A DNA stretch of 64,000 nt, taken from assembly GCF_006345805.1 (NCBI RefSeq), contig NC_043001.1, positions 41,726,001 to 41,790,000 of the forward strand, given 5' to 3'. Position 1 is the first letter of the stretch. The number at the start of each line of letters is the position of its first letter. Both the position numbers and the translations under genes were made by a program. The notes below the pieces were generated by a model that saw only the letters and a list, made by a program, of their open reading frames with translations, did not search any database and was not told the origin of the DNA. This document shows positions 51,506-64,000 of the stretch, piece by piece. This DNA is from Octopus sinensis (lineage: Eukaryota).

Positions 51506-52689
51506 GTAAATTAATTTCTCTTCATTTTCTTAACTTGTCATTTATTAAATTTTAAAATTTGCTTTGGAATGTTTGGTACTTTGGTTTTTGTTTGTATTAC
51601 TGTTGATTTGGCATGTAACATGCATTCAAATTTTCATAGTATAACTCCTGTCCTTAGGTTATGTGAATATAAAATAATATTTTTCTTCTCTTAAGAAAAT
51701 ATTACATTATTTATAGGCTTCAGAAAGCTAAAATGTTTAATTGAAATTTAAAATACTAGAAATGTTTAAAATAAATTTAGTACTACTCCTGTTTATCATG
51801 GAAAGTATGACAATTTATACAGTTTTTAAGTAAATTGGTTCTACAATTAGAAATTTAGTTGAAAATATTTTATGTAAATTTTAATTTTTTATTTGAACAT
51901 TATTAAAGTGCATTTGTTGGAAATCTTAGAAATAGGTGAAGATTGGCAATGGAAAGGACATCCAGCCATAAAAAATTTGTCTCAGTGGATTGTCTAATCC
52001 ATGCAAGCATGGAAAAGTGGACATAAGAACAATGATGATGATGAAGTGTTGAACAAGATGCATGAAAGTATTAAGTTTAGTCCCTGTTGTTTTTGCTTAA
52101 CCCCTTGTTAACTCTGATATCCAGGACATATGGCTATTTCTAGTAGGTTGAGTGACCATGTCAAGGATTCCCTGTTGTGTTATGGTTAGTGTCTTATATA
52201 TGTAGGTTGACTTTGGTATATGCCTTTATTCCTACTAGGCTTAATAAAAAATTAAAAATATAGAGTTGATTCAATTGATATAAATAAAATAAATGATTAT
52301 TTCATTGCTATTATTTAGTAATGTAGTAACTAATTTATATCCAATACATGTATTGTCCTGTGGCTTCTGACAAAATATTGACTGTCCTGAGCCAAAGATT
52401 AGATATTAAGAATGAAATTGTTTTTACTAACCTTTGAAAACTGATGGAATACTTTCTAACAATGACTGAGAATAAAAAACCAGGAAAGATTAAAATAAGT
52501 AAAAATGTATACTGGCTCCTATTTAAAACTGGCATTTATACTGTATTCATTTTCTGCTTTTGCACCATTTAGACTACTGGCAAATATACCCATCTGCGAT
52601 AGAAGCATAATATGAGGGAGGGAAGTAATAACAGCAGTGTGTATTGAGAAATGTGTAAATGCTCTTGATAGATGTGGACTTTGATAGAA

Positions 52690-54100
52690 ACAGGTATGGA
52701 AGGACTGGATGAGTGGTAGTAGCAGGGAACTGTATCAGATCGCCAGAAGGGAAGCTAGAAGACTGGTTTACTTAGCCAGAGGGGAAGCAGATAAGAAAGA
52801 ATTTGCCAGTGTTCTGCGTCGTGAGGACTAAAGATTTGAGGTGTTTCATGTTGCAAGACAATGCGTGGGAGAGAATCATGTTGTCATAGGAGAGAAATGT
52901 GTCCACATGGATGATGTCTCACTTGCATTTAATAAGGCTGCAAAGAGAGAGACTTGGAGAAGCCACTATGAAAGGTTGCTCAAAAAAGAGAATGAATGGG
53001 AGAAAGAGAGTCTGCCAAATGTCGACCCAACAGAGGGACCAGCTATCTGAAGTGACAGTACCTTGGTAGATAAAGCAATTAAGTCAGTAAGGTGAGGATT
53101 GGCGATGAGTATAGTGAAGAATTCCGGGTAGGATCAGTCCTCAGTCCCGCTCTTATTCATCATAGTCCTCCAGGCAATAGCAGAAGAATTCAAGACAGGC
53201 TGCTCCAGGGAGCTCCTCTATGTTGATGACCTTGCTCTAATAGCTGAGTCACTACCAGAACTGAAGGAGAAGTTTCAGGTATGGAAGCAAGGTCCAGAAT
53301 CGAAGGGCCTTAGAGTAAATCTAACAAAACCAATGTTTTAGTAAGTAGGAGTGCAAACAAATCACAAATCCCTTCAGGTAGATGGCCCTGCTCGATCTAT
53401 AGAAAAAGCGTAGGTAAAAACTCCATAAGATGTAACCAGTGTAAGCTATGGACACATAAGAGGTGCAACAATACCAAAGGAAGGTTAACTGGGAAGATAG
53501 TTTTTGTGTGTAGCAAATGCACAGCTTCCATCACATGCCAGTGGGAAAAACTAGAAGTAGTTGGTAGCTTCCATTACCGAGGTGACCAAGTCAGTAGCGG
53601 GGATGGATGCTCTGAGAGTGTAGCTGCTAGAATAAGAAAAACCTGGGCAAAGTTCTGCTGGTAACAAAGGGCTTCTTGCACAGAATGAAAGGTAGACTGT
53701 ATGATGCATGTGTGCAAACAGCCATGCTACATGGCAGTGAAACATGGGCTGACTGCTGAGGACGTGCACAGGCTTGAAAGAAATAAAGCTAGTATGATTG
53801 TGTAATATTAATGTGCCCCTCTAGTATTCTTTAACCACTCACATGACACAAAGCCACCTTCCTCAATACTACTTCCCCTCCCAGTCAGAGGTCTTTATCA
53901 TGCAAGTTACTTGGTGACCCTGCCAATGCTAGTGCCACATAAAAAGCAATCAGTATACTCTGTAAAGTGGTTGGCATTTGGAAGGGCATCCAGTCCAGCT
54001 ATGGAAACCATGCTAAATCAGACAATGGTGTCTAGTGCAGCTCCTGCCAAACCATCCAACCCATGCCAGCATGGACAACAGACATTAAGTGATGATTATG
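52690..54100 (+). mobile_element. Degenerate, deleted RTE LINE
   Basis: FHVARQCVGEN..WRSHYERLL..LPNVDPTEGPAI; LLYVDD; 3' UTR ggttggcatttggaagggcatcc and gat tail. Confidence 0.85.
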
Positions 54101-54169
54101 ATGACGATGCAAAAGGGATTACTCCTTGCTGACCAAACAGGGGGGCTGTTGTTCAAGCTGACAGCTGTG

Positions 54170-55040
54170 TGGTAAAGTAGTCAAGGATAAGAAGAGTGGG
54201 GAAGCTGTAGGTCCATTGGGGATAGTTGTAGTGATGCTTAAAATATATGGGATTACCATCCAGGTAATTAATCAAATCCTTCAGAAGGGTGTCATAGCCA
54301 ATAACTGGCATAGAAATATCATTGTAAACTGCTACAAGGGCAGCCTTAGAGAGAAACAATTATAGGGAAATTAAACTTCTAGATCAAGTTATGAAGGTCA
54401 CACAAGGCCATAACCCAATTGATCTATGGGAAAGTAGACCTGGATGAGATGCAGTTTGACTTTGTCCCCAGAAGAAGCACCACAGATGCAATCTTCCTAA
54501 TAGAGTAACACTCCTGTTGCTTACCTCCAATTCTCTTCTGCATTCCTCTACCACCCCCAACTCATAGCTCGTTGCTCATCCACCTTTCAACCCTACCCAT
54601 TTTGGAAGTTTACCTCCCCTTCCCTTCTTTCTCCTTTCTATATAATCTTGCAAACTGATTCTTCGACTCACCTTGTGCCCTGTGGGGTTACCTCTTTTCC
54701 ATTATCTATCTCTTGTAATGTCTATTGTTCATCCCTCTACTAGGTGTGAGTAGCCATGCAAGAACCACAGTCTCCCTCCCACTTCTTATAGTTGCATTCC
54801 CTTGTCCCCTGGTTTGGAGTTTGCCCCTACCCTCACCCCATTAAGGTTTGTAGTTCTGCAAGCTGCACAGCAAACTCAGTAGTGTAGGTAGCATGAAAAA
54901 GTACTTAGTCGATGCTGTAAAGTGGTTGGCATTAGGAAGTGCATCCAGCCATAGAAACCATGCCATAATAGACATTGGAGCATGATGCAGTCCTTGGACA
55001 CAATGGATACTGTTAAATAGTCCAATCTATGCCAGCATGG
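54170..55040 (+). mobile_element. Old RTE fragments
   Basis: VNCYKG..NYREIKLLDQVMKVT..DEMQFDFVP..TTDAIF remnants and a 3'-UTR-like segment at 54890-55040. Confidence 0.65.
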
Positions 55041-56659
55041 AGCACATATGTTTTTTCAAGATTCTGAGGTTTTGGAAATATATATTGACCATAATGCTGT
55101 ATGCTTGTCAAATAGTTTTGTTTAGGCTAAAACAAACTTGTTGAGACAATGAAATCTGGTGTTTTTACAATAAAGGTAAAAGCTGCCAAGTGAAAGGAGA
55201 AACCCTGCAAAATGTGGCACAAGAGAAACAACACGCAATACTTGAAACTAAGATATGGAATTGTAACAAAGAAATAGGAACAGAAATTTTATGACTTTTC
55301 ATGCTCTTTAATGAACAAAATTTCATCCTCAAGCTGTCGCAAAAAATGAAACCTGAATATTGATTGTTATTGACAAGAGGAATCTATATTGGAGTTGTTT
55401 AATAAAACATCTCTTGTTGCTCAACATTACTAAGTCCATTGCTGAACATCATAGAGGATTCTCTATTATGTATATAAAGGAATTTATTGTTCCTTCTACC
55501 ATAGTTGTTGAGATGATGAACTACTGCTCCCTTTACTAACCTACTCACTATACATATTTCTGAAGGAAAAACTCCCATTAACTACATTTTGCTACTATTT
55601 AGTATCTAGCAATCTCAAGTTGCTAGTATCCTTGCCAACTGTATGAAAAGCATCATTGCAAATAGCTAAAATTCATATTAAGCCCTTGATATCTTTGAGA
55701 AGGCATTAAACTGCTCTGGTAGGCTATGAGAAGATTGGGTGTAGAAGAATGGGTTAAAAACTATACAAGCAATGTATATAAATGAATACTTTTGTGGAAA
55801 AATTTAACTGAAAATTGGTACAATTATAAGAGTTCACACGCATTCTTTGCCTGCAATGACATCCTTAAGATGTTCCAGGGATTCTCTACATGGAAGAGAA
55901 TTAAAGAGTTATAAATTAATACATTTGAGACCAAAAGCATGGTATTGAGCCAAGAATTATACTAATTAAAATGCCTTAACCCATGGAAATAGTTGTAAAC
56001 AGCAAGACCCATGTGAGTCATTGAATCTATTTACTGTCAGGATAACTTGGCTGGACAGTGAAAGTTATTATTTTTCTACACATAATGTTCAGCTAAGCTA
56101 AAAAAACTTTCCCTCATCTTAATTGCACATCATTCATCTAACTCACAATACTAACATGCCATAATCTGATTTAAACCAACTTTCAAAATTCGTAATTCCT
56201 GATTCACACTTACTTTAATTTTTACAATATTCTCTCCCTGTTTCATAATCCATGTCTTTTCATATTTGCCATGATTTCGCTGGTGATCAAGTCTTTCAAG
56301 TCTCTCTCTCATATGCAATGAAGTTGGCCGTTTTACTTATCCATGCACAACCAGCAATCTCATCCATATTACTGCATGCACCAAAAGGAGATGCATTACT
56401 TAGTAAATTAACAAACCACCTACTCCTTTCTCTCTACATACAATGGATTAACACACAGCTGTTTATTTACTTAATTTAAACATTGACCCATTTATGTTTG
56501 CAGCAATAATGCTTGTATTTGGAATGCTTATATTATGCTCACTCCCAATAGGGGCAGTAATTTTAACATGATTGAATGATAGTAGATTAATACAAGAGCA
56601 ACTGATGTGATATGTCTTATCAAACACTTAATGAAACCTTCTTGTTAAGTACTGAATAC

Positions 56660-59600
56660 CATCCCTTCTTTCCATGTTCCCTCCCATGCCCCTTTCCCAG
56701 TTCTCAGAGTTAGCACTGTCAATGTAGGCATATTGAAAGGTAAGTCTGGTGTGATTGTTGAGCTGCTTGAAAGGAGGCATGCTGATGCATGTTGCATTCA
56801 AGAGGTAAGGTGGAGGAGAGCTTTAGCCAGGTTCCTCACTGGCATGACATATAAGTATAAAATCTTCTGGAAAGGTAACAGTGCTGGAGTAGGTGGTGTG
56901 GGCATACTTCTTGCAGAGAAATGGGAAGATAAGGTCATAGAAGTAGTCAGAGTACATTACACTAGCTCAGACTAGTTTTGAAGAATAATACAGTGACAAT
57001 TATCTCTGCCTACACTCCACAAGCAAGTCTACCAAATGAACAAAAGGACTGCTTTTATGATATTCTTCTGCAGGCTGCCTCAAAGATGAACGACAGTGAT
57101 CTCATCTTCATGGCTGGAGATTTCAATGTGCATTGTTGGGCAGCAGCCCAGTATCTTCCATAGTGTACATGGGGGCCATGGAATTGGTTCCTAAAACAAA
57201 GAAGGGACATGGCTGCTGGACTTCTATGATGTGAATAACTTATTGATCAGCAACACCAGCTTCAGGAAGCCAACCAGCCACCTGTTAACCTACCAGTTGG
57301 GTGACCACACTAGCCAGATCAATTACATTCTCACCTGGTAGTGGGATATATGGTTGCTCATAAATACAAAGACCTTACCTGGTGAAGAATGTACTCTCCA
57401 GCATATACTAGTCATTAGTGACTTTAGACTCCCAGCCAGAAGGATACCAAGAAGCGGACCAATCTGGAAAAGAAGGATTTGGAAGCTTAAGGACCCTTTA
57501 TATGGTCAAAGATTTAGGGACATCCTAATTAAGAAATTTGATGAGAAGGAGGAAGAACTACAGACTTGTAGCATAGAGAGCAACTGGGAATTCCTGCAGG
57601 ACAGCTTGCTAAGTGCCACAGACCAAATCTTTGCTGGTGCAAAGTTCCATCCAGACCTAGAGTGATGCAGTGGCAGAACGATGCTACAGACAAAGCCATT
57701 AGAGCAAAGAAACAGGCCTGGAAGTGTGGGGAGTAACAGGGAACTGTATCAGATAACCAGAAGGGAAGCTAGAAGACAGGTATATCTATCCAGGGAAGAA
57801 GAAGAAAAGAAGTTTACCTATGTTTTGCAATGTGAGGACCAGAGACTTGAAGTATTTCAGACAGTGTGTGAGAGAGAATTGGATGTCATAGGAGAGAAAT
57901 GTGTCCACATGGATGATGGTTCACTTGCATTTAATGATTCTGCAAAGAAAGAGGCTTTAAAATGCTATTATGAAAGGCTATTAAACATGGAGAATGAATG
58001 GGAAGAGAGTCTGCTAAATGTTGACCCAATTGAGGGACAAGCTATTTGAATCAACAGTTATTTATACAAAGCAATTAAGGATATGAGGACCGGAAAAGCT
58101 CTTGGCCCATCAGGAATCTCCACTGAGATGCTTAAAATATCTGGAGTAGGCCTAGTCACTCATAGTTAATCAGGTTGTCCACGAGGTAGTCATATGCAAT
58201 GATTAGTGTAGCAGCATCATAGTCAACTGCTACAAAGGCAAAGGTGACGCCTTAAACTGGAATAATTAGAGGCATCAAACTACAGGACCAGATGATGAAA
58301 GTCACAGAAAGGGTCATAGCTCAATTAATTAGAAAGAGAGTTAGTGTAGATGAGATGCAGTTTGGATTTGTGCCAGGCAGGAGCACAACTGAAGCTATAT
58401 TCCTGATTAGGCAGCTGCAGGAGAAATATCTAGCCAAAAATAAACCCCTGTACCTGGCTTTTATCAACCCTAAAGCCTTTGACAGGATCCCCCACTCCTT
58501 ATCTAGTGGTCGATGTGGAAGCTAGGAATAGATGAGTGGTTGATGAGAGCTGTACAAGCCATGGACATGACACTGTCAGGGTACAAGTAGGGGTTCAGCA
58601 AGGATCAGTCCTCAGTCCCCTCTTGTTCATCATAGTTCTCCAGGTAATAACAGGAATTTAAGACTGGCTGCCTCTGGGAGCTCCTCTATGCTGATGACTT
58701 TGTTCTTATAGCTGAATTACTTCCAGGACTAGAGAAGACTTTTCAGGTGTGGAAGCAAGGTCTAGAATCAAAGGGCCTTAGAGTTAATTTAGCAAAAACC
58801 AAAGTCTTAGTAAGTAGGAGAGCAAACAAATTGCATATCCCTTCAGGCAGATGGCCCTGCTCTATTTGTAGGCATAGGTAATAACTCTATAAGATGTGCC
58901 TGGTGTAAGATACAGACACATAAAAAGTGCATCAATATCAGAGGATTGTTAACAGAGAAAATAGCTTTTGTGTTTGGAAGATGCAAAGGTACAATAAACA
59001 CCATAAATGTACAGAAAATAGACTCCATCAAATGCCAGCAGGGAAAACTAGAAGTAGTTGACAGCTTCTGTTACCTAGGTGACCAAGTCAGTAGTGGAGG
59101 TGGATGCTTTGAGAGTGTAGCTGCTAGAATAAGAATAGGCTAGGCAAAGTTCAGAGAGCTCCTACCTCTGTTGGTAATAAAGGGCCTCTCCCTCAGTATG
59201 AAAGGCAGATTGTATGATGCCTGTGTGCGAACAGCCATGCTACACAGCAATGAAACATGGCTGTGACAGCCAAGGACATATGAAGGCTTGAAAGAAATGA
59301 AGCTAGTATACTTCGCTAGATGTGTAATATCAGTGTGCATGCACAATAGAGTGTAAGCAACTTGAGAGAAAAGTTGGGCATAAGCAGCATCAGATGTGAT
59401 GTGCAAGAGAGATGACTGCACTGGTATGGTCATGTAATGTGTATGGATGAGGACAGCTGTGTGAAGAAGTGCTGATATCTAATGATGGTAGAGATAGACC
59501 CAAGAAGACATGGGACGAAGTGATGAAGCATGATCATTGAATGTTGGTCCTCATGGAGGCAATGGTGGTATGCTGTACTTGTGAAGACCCATCGCAGTCA

Positions 59601-59700
59601 TGGCTGATACTAGCGTTGTGTAACTGACACTCATGCCAATGGCATGTATAAAGTACCTTTCAAATGTTGGGTGATATGCTGTGCTTGAGAAGACCTATCA
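56660..59700 (+). mobile_element. Near-complete decayed RTE LINE
   Basis: ELLERRHADACCIQEVRW, AGDFNVH, QFGFVPGRSTTEAIF, LLYADD, YLGDQV, with many stops and frameshifts. Confidence 0.92.
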
Positions 59701-59911
59701 AAATTCATGAAATGGAGATTTCTTTCTATTTTGTTTTCAGTTTTTGCCTGTCTACAAACTAAAGTTAATTGATTATTTATAATTCCTACTATTTCGTGTA
59801 AATTGTAAAATGTAGTTAATTAAAATATACTTAACTATTTTGTTACCATTTTTCTATTGAAACACAGAGTTTTGAAAATAACAATGAATTCTGTAAAATA
59901 TTCCTATTCAG

Positions 59912-60045
59912 ATATTGTTCCAAAGAAAACTCCAGTGAGCACGGCTTACAATGAAGCACCCTCATCTGCACATTTCATGGGCTATTTCTTAACAGCTATT
60001 GTTCTTTGTATTGCTGGATATATTGTTTTCCACAACAAACAAAAG
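59912..60045 (+). CDS. TGOLN2-like: TGN38-like gene, exon 3 (transmembrane segment)
   Basis: ttcctattcag|AT ATT GTT...CAA AAG|gtaaaa; SSAHFMGYFLTAIVLCIAGYIVFHNKQK matches the TGN38/KCT2 SHF..TM..HNKRK signature; phase 1-0. Confidence 0.92.
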
Positions 60046-61335
60046 GTAAAACATTTTTGTTGCTTATGAATAAATTTATTAGTAACTGGAAGCAAATTCA
60101 TTTCCACTTTGACTTAATGATGATATATTAATCTTTTTTGAGTACATTCCATGGTTCAGTTGTTCACTTCTCTTTGTTGCCACCATTCTTGGTGACTTCA
60201 ATCTGCACTGCTCCTGGCTGTCACAATTCTATGTAGCAAGCAAAGGGGTCTCTATGTAATCCCTCCACAGGCAAGAACAGCATTCAAATCACAACCTGCA
60301 TTCTTAAAAAGAGGTGAACACATTGGATAATGTCAGATATGTAATACCTAAGGAAATGATGTGATGATCATGGCTGAAATGCCTTTGATCATAGATCTGC
60401 TCTGTCAAGGCTAAACAACAGTATTGTTGGTGCAGAGAGCAAATCCTTTGCCACCATCAACTGTCTGACTCGTTAGTATCCACCCCTGTCTATATCCTTG
60501 ACTTGTTCCTTACCTCTGAAGTTAACCATTAACCTGTCATCATAGTCTCTTCATCCATTAGATCTGTTGAGTGAAGACTGTCTACTTAATGTAACATACT
60601 TTACAGCCCTTTTGAGTCAGCTAATTGGCTGAAGCTCAGCCAGTCTTATGTCAGCTATCTTTTGGCTGCAATTGTTTCATTTCTGACAGCTGAACCATTT
60701 ATTGAAACCATCCTTCTAGACAATTCACTTCATATGCCTCATGCAATCAAAGACCATAACTTCAATGCCTCCCCATCCCCACAACCTGCAGTTGTACAGG
60801 CAAAGAACACTGCCCCCTCCAAAAAGAAAAACAGGTGGAAGTCAGCCATCATTATTGATTGGGAAGCTTTTATCCATCTCCATTAGCTCAACTTTGTGAT
60901 TTTAAAGATGTGATTATTTATTTTTTACAATAACATTGCATGGTAAGTATGAGAGGCAGGATCTGGCCAGTTTGAATATAAAGCAAGTAGAATATTTGGA
61001 TCAGATATGGCCAGTCTAAATGCTAAAAGATTAAATAAGTTATCAAAAAACAGGACATATAGCTGTAAAAATAATTGTTTTGACAATTTTTTCAAAATGC
61101 TTAAAGAAACAAATTGGTAAAAAAAAAGTTTTAAAATAAATTTTTATAATGAAAAGCTCAACACACTTGTCCAGTAAACAGGTTATGCATAATTTGATAC
61201 CCATTTGGCTGTACATTGCAATTTTTACTTTTGACTACGTTGTTTACTAATCTGTGTGAACAAACCAACATCAGTAGTCAAGCAATTGTGGGGGTGGGGG
61301 ACAAACTCAGACACACAAATAAATACATATATATA

Positions 61336-62572
61336 CAGGGTGCAATGGGTATATCGTTGCCATTTTTATTTTGTACATGCACATTGTTTTTGATTTTGCC
61401 AACTACACTGTATAGTAGGGTCAGTTGGGCACGACATGCTGTACTGCTTGGCATTCATGTCAGAAGCTCCAATATGAACATTTCAGAGTGTTTGGGTGTC
61501 AATCTGAGGACAGTGCAGAGGATTCGGTGAGTGTTGAATGAGTCTGATGGTGATTATGAAGGTATGGCAGCTCGTAAAACACATTCCCATTGTTCTGACA
61601 AAAAAAGAACTCCTGAATTTGTTGATGAGATCCAAGGCCATGATTGACAACAATCCCTCCAAGTCAATCAGGTCCATCGGTAAGGACATGGGAATGTCTT
61701 AGTTTCTTATCAGGCAGGTGGTGCATGAAGACATTCTGTATTCCTCATGCAAGATGAGAAAGGACTAATTTTTATCCCAAGCCATCAAGGACAAGAAGAA
61801 AGACTATGCTACAAAGCTTTTGAATAAACTCAAGCATCCCCTCCAACTCAACATGTTTTGGTTTTTCTCAGATGAGAAAAATTTCTGCCAGGATCAGATG
61901 GTGAACATACAGAACAATCATTGGCTTGCCATGTCCCAAAAACATGTTCCGAGAGTGATAAAAAAAAAACATTCAGTCAACATTATGGTGTTTGGAGTGA
62001 TCACTAGTGATGGCAACATTATGCTTCCATTCATCTTCCCACACTATCTCAGACTCAACACGGAGGCCTACATCAAGTACCTGGAGGAGGTAGTGCTACC
62101 CTGGGTCAAGAGGGTGGCTGCTGGAACACCTTGTGTCTGGCAACAGGACTCTGCACCATGCCACACAAGCAGGAGAACCCAGTCATGGTTGTCAGACAAT
62201 TTCTGTGACCACATCACCCTTAACAACTGGCCATCTAACTCCCCAGACTGCAACCCCTTTGGTTATTATGTGTGAGATGCAGTTGAGCAAGAGACCAACA
62301 AAACTCTTTGTAACACCAAAGATGAACTGAAGGCAAGGATTATGGCAACATTCACCAACTTAAACAAGGAGCCTGCCCAGAAGAGTTACAGGAGATTCCG
62401 AAGTCATCTGGAGGTTGTGGTTGAAGCCAATGGCGATTTTATTGAATAAATTTACTCTTTAGTATTTCAAGATATTTTTATGTAATATTCGTAAATATAT
62501 TTGTTAAAATGAGATCTCAGTATTATTTTCATTTTTGCGTAATTTAAACGAAAATTTATTCACTGCACCCTG
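61336..62572 (+). mobile_element. maT (DD37D) Tc1/mariner-superfamily transposon, decayed
   Basis: TA-flanked CAGGGTGCA termini; FSDEK, QQDSAP and SPDCNPF(G), with 37 residues between the second D and the mutated third position. Confidence 0.9.
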
Positions 62573-62582
62573 TATATGTATA

Positions 62583-62627
<45 letters not shown>

Positions 62628-63327
62628 TATATATATACGACATGCTTCTTTCAATTTCCATCTATCAAATCCACTCTCAAGACACTTGCCCAAGGTGCCA
62701 TGCAGTGGGACTGAACCTGGAACCATCTGGTTGGGAAATAAGCTTCTTACCACACATCCACTTCTTCACTTATATATATATATATATATATACATACATA
62801 CATATACATACATACACACACACACACGCATATATGTCTTGCCAACACAGAGCTACTAGATTATTACCCGATTATATATATATACATACATGCACACATA
62901 CAAACAAAATGTGTTTTCATATGTATTTGGGTCTCCTTGTCTTGACATTGTGTGATAATTGTAAATGAGTGTCAAAAGTCGTGCAAGCAGTCTCATATAT
63001 TTCCAATATATTGTGAGAACATGTCTAGCCAAGGAGAAATATTACTTTGTTTGAAAACTGGTGAGGGCTGGTGACAGGAAGGGATCAATAACCTCAATAA
63101 ACTCCATCCAATTTATGCAAGCACTATGTCAAAGCAGACAGTGAAGCTCAGTGCAATCCTCAGGCTTGCCAGCTCCTCTCAAACCATCCAACCCATACCT
63201 TTTGTCTTTATTTTTGTTTTGCTTATGATTAAATGGTCTCTTCTCTAAAAGATGTTAATTGCTAAAAAAAATTTTTTTTTTTAATTGTTAGCACTCATAA
63301 TCTCTTTTTTGTTATTATTATTATTAT

Positions 63328-63735
63328 TAAGGCAGTGAGCTGGCAGAATCGTTAGCATGCCGAGAAAAATGCTTAATGACATTTCATCTGTCTTTACGAT
63401 ATGAGTTCAAATTCCATTATGGTCAACTTTGTCTTTCATCCTTTTGGTGCCAATAAAATAATTCCTGACTTTGTGCCAGAATTTGAAACCATTAATATTA
63501 TCATTATAGAAGGTGGTGTGATGGTAGAACTGTTGGCATGCCAGATGAAATGCTTAGCAGTATTTCATCCGTCGCTACATTCTGAGTTCAAGTTCCACCA
63601 AGTCCTACTTTGCCTTTCATCTTTTTGGGGTTGATAAAATAAATACCAGTTGAACTCTGAGGTCAATGTAATTGACTCATCCCTTTCCCCAAAACTGCTA
63701 CCCTTTTGGCAAAATTTGAAACCATTATTATTATA
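63328..63735 (+). mobile_element. Two tandem family-A SINEs just before the last exon
   Basis: Heads aaggcagtgagctggcagaatcg and aaggtggtgtgatggtagaactg, each next to an (ATT)n-like tract. Confidence 0.8.
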
Positions 63736-63774
63736 CTTGTAGCTATTACCAACAAAATTATTATCTTTTTCTAG

Positions 63775-63918
63775 ATCATTGCGTTCATCATAGAAGGGCG
63801 AAACCAGAAACGTGGTCGGCGGCCAAATGCTAATGAATATAAGAAACTGCAAACTAATGTTGATGATGTAATGGTTTCTTTAGATAAGTCAACAACTGCA
63901 CAGAATTATATATATTAA
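63775..63918 (+). CDS. TGOLN2-like: TGN38-like gene, exon 4 (cytosolic tail and stop)
   Basis: ctttttctag|ATC ATT GCG TTC...TAT TAA = IIAFIIEGRNQKRGRRPNANEYKKLQTNVDDVMVSLDKSTTAQNYIY*; IIAF..EG and a YxxL motif; absent from the ORF track. Confidence 0.93.
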   Translation: MIAFIIEGRNQKRGRRPNANEYKKLQTNVDDVMVSLDKSTTAQNYIY

Positions 63919-63950
63919 AATTAATTTTTTTTATATATTGAGTAATTCGG

Positions 63951-64000
<50 letters not shown>

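Noticed and set aside
59857-59911. 5' extension of the TM exon
   Set aside because: The earlier acceptor (cacag, 59867) gives a stop in the phase required by exon 2; the acceptor at 59911 fits.

Overview
AT-rich, repeat-dense animal genomic DNA, most likely an octopus (inferred from its SINE/RTE families). Two housekeeping genes diverge from each other about 11 kb apart. (1) MRPS7, mitochondrial ribosomal protein S7, minus strand: four coding exons recovered with in-frame GT-AG junctions (13022-12946, 6787-6614, 5685-5622, 1693-1526); the last exon was not found and probably lies left of the window. (2) A complete TGN38/TGOLN2-KCT2-family type I membrane protein gene, plus strand (23975-24332, 49781-51505, 59912-60045, 63775-63918; about 786 aa). 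It has an 8-Cys N-terminal domain, nine ~42-aa luminal repeats, a TM-HNKxK segment and a YxxL tail. The rest is mostly transposons: RTE LINEs, including a young, apparently full-length copy with three ~607-bp 5' monomers and a PHD-like finger inside the RT; a Penelope element; two mariners and a maT; a Mag-type Gypsy element inserted in an RTE and itself carrying a Helitron in one LTR; SINE chains; and several long inverted repeats. The most unusual signal is a Penelope-associated module combining a tRNA-like Pol III head with a minimal hammerhead ribozyme, present as a ~470-bp palindrome. All calls come from reading the sequence by eye; no searches were run.
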